A stretch of 59,152 nt of DNA, taken from Actinomycetota bacterium (lineage in GTDB: Bacteria > Actinomycetota > UBA4738 > HRBIN12). Below are positions 16,404 to 24,131 of this stretch, piece after piece. A program made the translations under genes and the position numbers. The first letter of the stretch is position 1. The number at the start of each line of letters is the position of its first letter. The stretch lies in contig JBDUEF010000001.1 of assembly GCA_040002535.1 (NCBI GenBank), positions 1 through 59,152 of the forward strand, read 5' to 3'. The notes under the pieces are model-generated. The model saw nothing but the letters and a program-made list of their open reading frames with translations. It was not told the DNA's origin and ran no database searches.

Positions 16404-17563
16404 TCAGCCCCCAGGAACACCGTCTCGGCGGCGGCCACGCCGGCCCCCCGCTTCACCGGATGACCGAGCCTCTCCAGCGTCATCTCCAGCGCGGCGAGGC
16501 CGCGGATGATGTCGAGCTCGCTGATGTAGCCGAAGTGCCCGATCCGGAACACCCTGCCCTTGAGGGGACCCTGCCCCGGCGCCAGCACGCAACCGAAATC
16601 GGCGCGGATGCGCTCGCAGATCGTGTCGGCGTCGGCGGCCTCGGGCGCGCGGATCGCGGTGACCGTCCAGTTGTCCTCCAACCCCTCCCCGAACAGATCG
16701 AGGCCCAGAGCCCGCGCCCCCTCCTTCACGGCCGAGGACAGCATGCGGTGGCGGGCCATGGCGGCGTCCACGCCGTCCTGGAAGTAGAGCTCCAGCGCGG
16801 CGTGCAGACCCTGCATGACGCTGATGGCGGGCGTCCAGGGGTTCTCCGGGTGCGGCAGGTCAGCGAAGCGCTTGTAGGTGGCCCAGTCGAAGTAGAACCG
16901 CGGGCAGGTCGCCGTCTGGGTGGCCGTCCATGCGCGCTGGCTGATCGCCACGAAGGCGATCCCGGGACTGGCGCTCAGCGCCTTCTGCGAGCCCCCGACG
17001 GCGACGTCGATCCCCCAGTCGTCGAAGGCGAACGGCACGGCGCCCAGGCTCGACACCACATCGACCACCACCATGGCGCCCGCGTCGTTGGCGACCTGGG
17101 CGAGACGCTCGATCGGCTGGATCACACCCGTAGAGGTCTCGCTGTGGGTGAGCAGCACCGCCTTCACGGGATGTTCGGCGAGGGCGTCGGCGACCTTCGC
17201 CGGGTCGATCTTGGTGCCCCATCCCTCCTCGATGGTCCGAGCCACCAGACCCTGGGACTCCGCGAGCGCACGGAACCGGTCGGCGAAAAAGCCTGCGAGG
17301 GGCACCAGCACCTCATCGCCGGGCGAGAACACGTTCTGGACGGCAGACTCCAGACCGCCGGTGCCGCTCGAGGTCATCAGCAGGACGTCGGCGGAATCGG
17401 TGCGGTACAACGTCTTCAGGTGGTCGGTGACCTCGCGCATCAGCGTTCCGAAGCCGGGCCCCCGGTGGTAGACGAGGGGACTCCCCTGCGCCAACAGCAC
17501 CTCCGGCGGGATCGGGGTCGGACCGGGAGCCAGGATGATCTCGGGCCTGTCCACGTCGCTCAC
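16400..17563 (-). CDS. Class V PLP aminotransferase (serine-glyoxylate / alanine-glyoxylate family), probable phosphoserine aminotransferase role
   Basis: 387 aa. LAPGPTPIPPEVL at the N-terminus, VVDVVSSLG, and GGSQKALSASPG containing the PLP lysine. Translationally coupled to serA. Confidence 0.8.
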   Translation of the reverse strand: MSDVDRPEIILAPGPTPIPPEVLLAQGSPLVYHRGPGFGTLMREVTDHLKTLYRTDSADVLLMTSSGTGGLESAVQNVFSPGDEVLVPLAGFFADRFRALAESQGLVARTIEEGWGTKIDPAKVADALAEHPVKAVLLTHSETSTGVIQPIERLAQVANDAGAMVVVDVVSSLGAVPFAFDDWGIDVAVGGSQKALSASPGIAFVAISQRAWTATQTATCPRFYFDWATYKRFADLPHPENPWTPAISVMQGLHAALELYFQDGVDAAMARHRMLSSAVKEGARALGLDLFGEGLEDNWTVTAIRAPEAADADTICERIRADFGCVLAPGQGPLKGRVFRIGHFGYISELDIIRGLAALEMTLERLGHPVKRGAGVAAAETVFLGAE

Positions 17564-17675
17564 TCCTCGAAGGCGTCGGGGACCAGCCTAACAGCGGCTC
17601 CATCGCGAACGGTCCTCCGCTCCGTATCATCCGTCGAAGCGGCGAGCCCGGCGCCGGCCACATGAGAGGGGGAAC

Positions 17676-20600
17676 GTGGGCACCCTGCGGTTCCTGCTCA
17701 AGCGATTCCTCGCCCAGCGGATGCTCGGCCTCGCGGTGGTGGTCACCCTCGCGTTCAGCGTGGGCGTCCTGGTGGCGGGCCCGATCTATGCCGACGCCGC
17801 CCGCGAGGCCATCCTGTCGTCCTCGCTCTCGAGCGCCGACGTCACCGTGGTCAACACCCGCTTCATCGCGCCCGGGGGGCCCGGCTTCGACCTGGACGGA
17901 GCCGACCGGGCGGTTCGCGCCGCCACCGCGCCGCTGCCGCTGGCCCCGATCGTCCTGCAGGGTCGCGCACCCATCGTGCTCGTGCCCGGGAGCGGGCGCC
18001 CCACGTACGCGACGAACGCCATCTTCCGAGACGGAGCCGAAGGCCATCTTCCGGCATTCAAGGGTGAGGCGCCGGGCGGCGGCCAGATCGCCGTCACGGC
18101 GACGCTGGCGCGCGCGCTGGGTCTGCGGATCGGGGACCCCATCGCTGTCCGAGGCGCCGGCGGCGCGCAGATCGACCTCACGGTCAGTGCGACCTTCTCG
18201 TCGCCGCCGGCTGGTGACGCCTTCTGGTTCGCCGACCGGAGCCCCTTCCCGCCGCCGGATTCGGTCGAGCCCGCGCCGATCCTGCTGGGTCGCGAGGGCT
18301 ACAAGGAGGTCGTGCGCGACCTCGACATCTCCAGCGAGTTCGTGTGGGACGCCTACCTCGACGTGCCGGGTCTGGCGTTCGAGGACGCGAACCGGCTCCC
18401 CGGCGATATCCAGGCGGTCGCGGATCGGTTGCGGGAGCTGCCCGCCCTCGCCGGTCTCCGGGTGGGCAACGGTCTCGACACCCTGCTCGAGGTGGTGCGC
18501 CAGCGCATCGAGAACCTTCGGGTGCCCATCCTCCTGGTGGTGTTCCAGATCGGCGCCGTGACCTTGGCGGTCCTCGCCGGTGTCGGGTCCCTCACCCTCA
18601 CCCGACAGGCCTTCGAGCTGGCGGTGCTGCACTCGCGTGGGTTCTCGCGGCGGACGCTGTTCCTGGCGCAGGCGTTGCAGGCGGTGCTGGCCGCCGCCGT
18701 CGCCTATCCCCTGGGACTGCTCCTGGGGATCGCCCTGGCCACGCTCGCCAGCCGCTCGAACGGACAGACGCTCCCGGGGACGTTGTTCCCGGTGCGGCTG
18801 ACGCGGGCGGCGGAGCTGTTGGGCCTGGGCACGGCGGTGGTCGGCGCCGTGATCTTGTTGCTGCTGTCCATCCCCCACGTCCGCCGCACGGTGCTGGAAC
18901 AGCGACGGTCGCTCTCGCGCGAGGATCGCCCTCCGCTGGCTCGGCTGCCGGTGGAGCTGTTCCTCGCCCCCGTGGGCCTGTTCGCCTTCATCCAGCTCCG
19001 CGGCCAGGGCACGCCCAAGCCCGGCTCCGGCACGATCGATCCGCTGGTGTTGCTGGCGCCCACGCTGCTGATCTTCGCCGCCTCCTTCTTCGCCCTGCGG
19101 TTGCTGCTATGGGCGTTGCGCGCGCTGGACCGGGTGATCGGGCGCTCCCGAGGCGTCGCCCGGTACCTCGCCTTCCGCCGACTCGGCCGTGCCCCCGGGA
19201 TCGGCTTCGCCGCCGCGCTCCTGCTGCTGCTGTCCATGGGCTTGCTGGTCGTGTCGACCTCGTATCGCGCGATCGTCCTGCGCAGCCACGAGGACAGCTC
19301 CCACCAGCAGGTGGGGGCCGATTGGAACATCGGGGTGAGCCCGCCGGAGCAACCCCTCTCGGCGATCGCTCACATGCCCGCGGCCACGACGCCGGTCGTC
19401 CGCACAGAGCCTCGATTCGAGACCGGCAGCTACTCCCTGGTGCCGGTCGCGCTGGGCATCGACCCGCTGACCTACGCCGAGGCCGGATGGTGGCGCGACG
19501 ACTACAGCGCGCAGCCGATCGCCGACATCCTGGCCGCGCTCCGCACGGAGCCGTACGGGCTGACGCTGCCCGGTTCCACCGACCGGCTCACCCTGGCGCT
19601 CGACGTGCCGCGGCAGATCGCGGGCCTCCACCTGGACGCCACCGCCGCGGCGTCCGACGGCTCTGTGCAGACCAGCGAGGCCGATCGCACGCTGGGCACC
19701 GGCAGCGGCAGGTACACGATCGACCTCTTCGGGTCGGACCGGCTGCTCTCCATCTCACTGCTGAACAGCGACGGCATGTCGCTGCCCTTCGACTTCACGG
19801 TGGGAGTGGCGTCACTGGCCGCGGACGGGCAGCCGTTGGGGCTCGACGCGTTCGAGCCCATGTCGTGGCGGGGCTCCAGCGGCGAGCTGAGCGGGTCCGA
19901 CCTGCATGTCACCCGGGGATCGGGGACCGTGGTCGGCGGCCTGGTGCCCCGATCCGACCCGCTGCCCGTCCTGGTCTCGGCATCCGTCGCCGATCAGGAG
20001 GGCGACGCCTTCGGCATCACGCTGGGCTCGCAACAGTTCCAGGTGCGCCGCGTGGCTGTGGCCACGACGTTCCCCACCGTCCTGCCCAACGGCCCCTTCC
20101 TGGTGGTGTCGGGAACCGCCCTCCTGGAACGTGCGGCGGCGATCCCGGAGCCGGGGTTGGCATTGAACGAGGTCTGGGCCGCCGGCGACGCAGATCCGCG
20201 CCCGGGCCTCGAGCGGGTGGGGTTCGTACCGGGGCCCGTGCAGCGAACGGCGCCGATCGTGGGCGCGTTGGCGCAACTGCCGCAGAGCCTGGCCGTGGGG
20301 CTGCAGTTCACCGCCGCGGCCGCGGGCCTGGGTCTGGTCATCATCGGCGTGGCGGTCGGGCTGTCGATCGCGCAGCGCCGGCGGGACTTCGAGTTCGCCG
20401 CCCTCCGGGCGATGGGCACCGATCCCCGGCAGCTGCGCCGGGCGATCGTGTGGGAGCAGACCGTGTTGCTGGGCTTCGCCGTGGTTGCGGGGCTCGGCAT
20501 CGGCTACCTCATGCTGAAGCTCATGCTGCCGTACTTCGGACGAGATCTGGGCGTGTCGTTCCCGAAGCCCGTCCTGGTGATGGACACGCTGACGCTGGCG

Positions 20601-20708
20601 GCATCGGTGGCCGCGATCTCGCTCGCCGCCGGCCTGGGACTGTCCCTGTCGCTGCGGTCGCTGCTGCGATCGTCCGTCACCGGCGTGCTGCGCGGGGAGG
20701 CCGAGTAG
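17676..20708 (+). CDS. ABC transporter permease with two FtsX/MacB-type 4-TM domains and large extracytoplasmic regions
   Basis: 1010 aa. GTG start lies after GAGAGGGGG. Hydrophobic clusters at the N-terminus, the middle (aa about 280-520) and the C-terminus (aa about 880-1000) are separated by long soluble stretches, typical of fused FtsX-like permeases. Confidence 0.85.
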   Translation: MGTLRFLLKRFLAQRMLGLAVVVTLAFSVGVLVAGPIYADAAREAILSSSLSSADVTVVNTRFIAPGGPGFDLDGADRAVRAATAPLPLAPIVLQGRAPIVLVPGSGRPTYATNAIFRDGAEGHLPAFKGEAPGGGQIAVTATLARALGLRIGDPIAVRGAGGAQIDLTVSATFSSPPAGDAFWFADRSPFPPPDSVEPAPILLGREGYKEVVRDLDISSEFVWDAYLDVPGLAFEDANRLPGDIQAVADRLRELPALAGLRVGNGLDTLLEVVRQRIENLRVPILLVVFQIGAVTLAVLAGVGSLTLTRQAFELAVLHSRGFSRRTLFLAQALQAVLAAAVAYPLGLLLGIALATLASRSNGQTLPGTLFPVRLTRAAELLGLGTAVVGAVILLLLSIPHVRRTVLEQRRSLSREDRPPLARLPVELFLAPVGLFAFIQLRGQGTPKPGSGTIDPLVLLAPTLLIFAASFFALRLLLWALRALDRVIGRSRGVARYLAFRRLGRAPGIGFAAALLLLLSMGLLVVSTSYRAIVLRSHEDSSHQQVGADWNIGVSPPEQPLSAIAHMPAATTPVVRTEPRFETGSYSLVPVALGIDPLTYAEAGWWRDDYSAQPIADILAALRTEPYGLTLPGSTDRLTLALDVPRQIAGLHLDATAAASDGSVQTSEADRTLGTGSGRYTIDLFGSDRLLSISLLNSDGMSLPFDFTVGVASLAADGQPLGLDAFEPMSWRGSSGELSGSDLHVTRGSGTVVGGLVPRSDPLPVLVSASVADQEGDAFGITLGSQQFQVRRVAVATTFPTVLPNGPFLVVSGTALLERAAAIPEPGLALNEVWAAGDADPRPGLERVGFVPGPVQRTAPIVGALAQLPQSLAVGLQFTAAAAGLGLVIIGVAVGLSIAQRRRDFEFAALRAMGTDPRQLRRAIVWEQTVLLGFAVVAGLGIGYLMLKLMLPYFGRDLGVSFPKPVLVMDTLTLAASVAAISLAAGLGLSLSLRSLLRSSVTGVLRGEAE

Positions 20709-21572
20709 GTGCCGCTTCCTCCGGACAGCTTCGTGCCGCAGGCGGACGACACGCTCGTGCGGTTCCGGCACGTGTACAAGGTGTACCGCGTAGCCGACAC
20801 CGGGGTGGTCGCGCTCGGGGGCGTCAGCTTCGACATCCCGCGGGGCGAGTTCCTCACCGTGGTGGGACCCAGCGGTGCCGGGAAGTCGACGATCCTGAAC
20901 CTGATCGGGGGCCTCGATCGGGCGTCGGCCGGCGAGGTCGAGGTGGACGGCCACGACCTGGGCCGCCTGAGCGACGACGAGCTCACCATCTACCGCGCCA
21001 CGCGGGTCGGATTCGTCTGGCAGGGCACCGCCAGGAACCTCGTGCCGTACCTGTCGGTCCGCGAGAACGTCCGCCTGCCGGCGGCCGTCCATCGCGATGT
21101 GGCCTCGGCGCGCCGCCAGGACGCCGACGAGCTGCTGGCGCTCGTGGGTCTCCGCGACCGCACGAAGCACACCCCGGGCCAGCTCTCCGGGGGCGAGCAG
21201 CAGCGCGTCGCGATCGCCGTGGCCCTGGCCAACACCCCGCAGATCCTGCTGGCCGACGAGCCCACCGCAGAGCTCGACTCGGCCTCGGCGGAGAACGTGC
21301 TGGACGCCTTCCGCGCCGTGAACCGGGAGTTCGGCGTGACGATCGTCATGGTGACCCACGATCTGGCGGCCGCGCGCAGAGCCGATCGCCGGATCCGCGT
21401 CCGGGACGGCCGGCTGCTGCACGAGGGGACGCCCGTGGACCCGATCGGTGCCGACGGCACCGTGCACCTGCCCGAGGACGTGGTGGACTCGCTCGGTGGC
21501 GCCGATCTGGAGGCAGAGCTCGCCGAGGGCGAGGTCCGGCTACGGCGGAGGAGCGACACGGGTCATGCCTGA
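20709..21572 (+). CDS. ABC transporter ATP-binding protein 1 (MacB/LolD-like, with N- and C-terminal extensions)
   Basis: Walker A GPSGAGKST, Q-loop VWQG, signature LSGGEQQRV, Walker B LLADEPTAELD, H-loop VTHD. GTG start immediately follows the permease TAG, with GGGGAGG 8 nt upstream. Confidence 0.85.
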   Translation: MPLPPDSFVPQADDTLVRFRHVYKVYRVADTGVVALGGVSFDIPRGEFLTVVGPSGAGKSTILNLIGGLDRASAGEVEVDGHDLGRLSDDELTIYRATRVGFVWQGTARNLVPYLSVRENVRLPAAVHRDVASARRQDADELLALVGLRDRTKHTPGQLSGGEQQRVAIAVALANTPQILLADEPTAELDSASAENVLDAFRAVNREFGVTIVMVTHDLAAARRADRRIRVRDGRLLHEGTPVDPIGADGTVHLPEDVVDSLGGADLEAELAEGEVRLRRRSDTGHA

Positions 21573-22278
21573 ACCGTTGCTGGACGCGCAGGAGGTCTCC
21601 CGCCGCTACCGGGGCGCGATCGGTGTGCTGGCCGTTCGGGGGGTCTCCATGCGCGTGGCACCGAAGGATTTCGTCGCCTTCATGGGGCCCTCGGGCTCGG
21701 GCAAGACGACCTTTATCGGGATCCTGTCGGGGCTGGACCGGCCGGACGAGGGCTCGGTCACATGGAAGGGCCGCGACATCTTCGCGATGAGCCGTGAGGA
21801 GACGTTCGCGCTGCGGCGAAGCGGGATGGGGATCGTCTTCCAGAGCTTCGGCTTGCTGCCGACGCTGTCGGCGGCGGAGAACGTGGAGCTACCGCTGCGG
21901 GTGGCCGGCGTCGACCTGGACGAGGCTCGCGATCGCTCGCTGCACTGGCTCGGGCGCCTGGGCCTCGCCGACCGTGTCGACAACCGGACCTTCGAGCTCT
22001 CCGCAGGGCAGCAGCAGCGGGTGGCGGTCGCCCGAGCGCTGATCGCGGAGCCGGAGGTGGTCCTGGCCGACGAGCCGATCGCGGAGGTGGACACCGAGAA
22101 CGCCGATCTGATCCTGGAGGCCCTCTGGGAGGTGATCCGCCGGGGCGGCGCCGTGCTGGCCGCCACGCACAACCCGGAGGCCCTGCGATACGCCAACCGC
22201 GTGGTCTTGTTCCGGGACGGACAGATCGAGGCCGAGGGATCCCCTGAGGAGCTGCAGAGCCAGCTCACCACGGACTGA
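21565..22278 (+). CDS. ABC transporter ATP-binding protein 2
   Basis: Start ATG 21565 (MPEPLLDAQEV) overlaps ATPase 1 by 8 nt. Walker A GPSGSGKTT, signature variant LSAGQQQRV, Walker B VLADEPIAEVD, H-loop ATHN. Confidence 0.85.
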   Translation: MPEPLLDAQEVSRRYRGAIGVLAVRGVSMRVAPKDFVAFMGPSGSGKTTFIGILSGLDRPDEGSVTWKGRDIFAMSREETFALRRSGMGIVFQSFGLLPTLSAAENVELPLRVAGVDLDEARDRSLHWLGRLGLADRVDNRTFELSAGQQQRVAVARALIAEPEVVLADEPIAEVDTENADLILEALWEVIRRGGAVLAATHNPEALRYANRVVLFRDGQIEAEGSPEELQSQLTTD

Positions 22279-22304
22279 GTCGTCGCTCTCGCGGATCCGG
22301 GGGA

Positions 22305-22529
22305 TCAGAAGCGCAGCGACTTCCACACGTCCTCGTACTGGGGCTTCAGATCCTCCGCCAGGATCGGGTGCGGACGCTCCCCCGGCTCACGGCCCAGGAC
22401 GCGGTCCAGCAGCGACCGGTGCCCGCGGTTCCGGCCGACCGACCGGGCGACGGCGTCGCGGCGGGCCTCCGCGATGCGTCGCTGTGTGGCGAGGTCTCAG
22501 GTGGGGTGGCCGGTGGCGGGGCTGAACAT
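22305..22529 (-). other. Candidate small ORF interrupted by an in-frame TGA (recoding candidate, non-canonical start, or decayed gene)
   Basis: My translation is ATG(22529-22527) MFSPATGHPT, then TGA(22499-22497), then DLATQRRIAEARRDAVARSVGRNRGHRSLLDRVLGREPGERPHPILAEDLKPQYEDVWKSLRF, then TGA(22307-22305). About 68 of 73 sense codons end in G/C. The ATG overlaps the reductase stop (TGATG). Confidence 0.3.
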
Positions 22530-23764
22530 CAGGCGTCCTTCCCAGCGGGGACGAGGGTGCGGAGGTCGACGTCGGGGTCGGCCAGCTTCTTGTCTTCGAT
22601 CGGCGCCTGCGAGCGGATCAACCCGAACGAGCGGCGGACGTCGCGCTTCCAGTTCATGCTGACCGCAGCGCGCAGGCGCTGCCCCTGCAGGAGGAACGCA
22701 CAGTAGCTGCGCTCCGCCAGGGAGCCGCGCACCACCATGCGGTCCCAGGTGGGCGCGTAGCCGGCCATCTGGATGTTCGTGTCGTACTGGTCGGACCAGA
22801 ACCAGTGCGGATCGTCGAAGGTCTCCCCCCGTCCCAGCACGTTGCGGGCCGCGGCCTGGCCCATCTTCACGGCGTTGTCGGAGTGCTCCACGCGGATCCG
22901 GCCGAACACCGGGTGGTCGTGGCTGGCCACATCCCCGGCGGCGAACACGCCGGGGATCTCCGTCTGGAGCTGCGGGTCCACCTCGATGCCGCCGTTCGCG
23001 CCGATCCCTCGTCCCTGCATCAGGTCGGCCACGGGAACCGTGCCGACGCCCACGACGGCGAACGAGCAGTCGATCGCACGGCCACGCGTGGTGACCACGC
23101 GCTCGACCCGTCCGGTGCCGGCGAACCGCTCGACCGTGTCGTTGAACACCATGTCCACCCCGTGGTCCCGATGCATCTCCTCGATCGTGCGGCCCATCTC
23201 GGCGCCCAGCACCCGATACAGCGCGGTCTCGAAGACCTCAACCACCGTTACTCCCACGCCCATCTGGCGAAGCGACGCCGCGACCTCTGCCCCGATGAAC
23301 CCCATGCCGACCAGGACCGCGTGACCCCCGGCGCGCGCGGCCTCCTGGATCCGCGCTGCGTCCCGGATCTCACGCAGGTCGAACACCCCGTCCAGACCGG
23401 CGCCGGGCAGGGCCGGTCGTCGGTTCCTACCGCCGGTCGCGACGATCGCCCGATCGAAGGCGATGCGCTCCCCCCCATCCAGGACCACCGCGCGCGCCTG
23501 CGGGTCCAGGTGATCCGCCCGGGTGGCCAGCCGCATCTCGATGCCCTGCTCCTCCCACCAGCCCTCAGGCCGAAGGAACGCGCTCGCGGCCGGCTCCTCG
23601 CCCCGCAGCACCTCCTTCGAGAGTGGGGGGCGCTCGTAAGGCGGCAGCTCCTCCGCGCCCACCAGCACCAGGCGGCCGTCGTAGCCCTCCTCGCGGAGCG
23701 TGGCTGCCGCGGTGCCGCCCGCAACGCTGGCGCCGACGATCACGAGCGTCTGGCCCACCCTCAT
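22529..23764 (-). CDS. FAD-dependent ferredoxin--NAD(P)+ reductase (oxygenase/P450 electron-transfer component type)
   Basis: 411 aa. FAD fold VIVGASVAGGTAA, NAD fold VLVGMGFIGAEVAASL, AAGDVA motif, and a C-terminal reductase dimerisation-type domain. Confidence 0.85.
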   Translation of the reverse strand: MRVGQTLVIVGASVAGGTAAATLREEGYDGRLVLVGAEELPPYERPPLSKEVLRGEEPAASAFLRPEGWWEEQGIEMRLATRADHLDPQARAVVLDGGERIAFDRAIVATGGRNRRPALPGAGLDGVFDLREIRDAARIQEAARAGGHAVLVGMGFIGAEVAASLRQMGVGVTVVEVFETALYRVLGAEMGRTIEEMHRDHGVDMVFNDTVERFAGTGRVERVVTTRGRAIDCSFAVVGVGTVPVADLMQGRGIGANGGIEVDPQLQTEIPGVFAAGDVASHDHPVFGRIRVEHSDNAVKMGQAAARNVLGRGETFDDPHWFWSDQYDTNIQMAGYAPTWDRMVVRGSLAERSYCAFLLQGQRLRAAVSMNWKRDVRRSFGLIRSQAPIEDKKLADPDVDLRTLVPAGKDA

Positions 23765-24069
23765 GCCTCGATCTGCAACGCTCCGCCCTCATCCCGCACG
23801 CCGAACGTGGCGACCGGTTCCGTCGCGGGCCCCTCCACGACCGCCCCGGAGGTCATGTCGAAGACGCTGCCGTGGCATTCACACTCGATCGCGGTCCCGA
23901 TCGTCTCGCCCGGCGAGAGGGAGCAGGCTTTATGGGTGCAGATGTCGCTGAAGGCGTGGAGCGTCCCGTCGATCCGCGTGACGGCGATCTGTTGACCGGC
24001 CACCTCGTAGGGCCTGACCTGACCCTCGGCCACCTCCTCGGCACGCCCCACCGTGGTGAACTCCCCCAT
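23761..24069 (-). CDS. Rieske [2Fe-2S] ferredoxin (oxygenase ferredoxin component type)
   Basis: 102 aa. CTH...17 aa...CECH supplies the CxH / CxxH Rieske ligands. ATGA overlap with the reductase gene. Confidence 0.85.
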   Translation of the reverse strand: MGEFTTVGRAEEVAEGQVRPYEVAGQQIAVTRIDGTLHAFSDICTHKACSLSPGETIGTAIECECHGSVFDMTSGAVVEGPATEPVATFGVRDEGGALQIEA

Positions 24070-24131
24070 GTCTCCCCCTCGCGTTCGAGCGCCTCCGCGG
24101 CGCGGCTCGTCACCAGCTTACGGCTGCCCGC

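Noticed and set aside
18344-21790. Very long alternative-frame or antisense ORFs. Examples: 1148 aa at 18344..21790 (+), 839 aa at 53708..56227 (+), 736 aa at 39279..41489 (+), 552 aa at 1159..2817 (-), 551 aa at 19812..21467 (-).
   Set aside because: Their translations are Arg/Pro/Gly/Ala low-complexity with no motifs. They overlap genes with clear family signatures in another frame or strand. Long stop-free shadow frames are expected at this GC content.
22440-22500. Possible SECIS element 3' of the in-frame TGA at 22497-22499.
   Set aside because: Only a short imperfect stem (CCUCGC / GCGGAGG, 16-nt loop) can be drawn by eye. There is no nearby Cys redox motif and no sel genes in the window. 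It is kept as a possibility inside the finding but not called as a feature.
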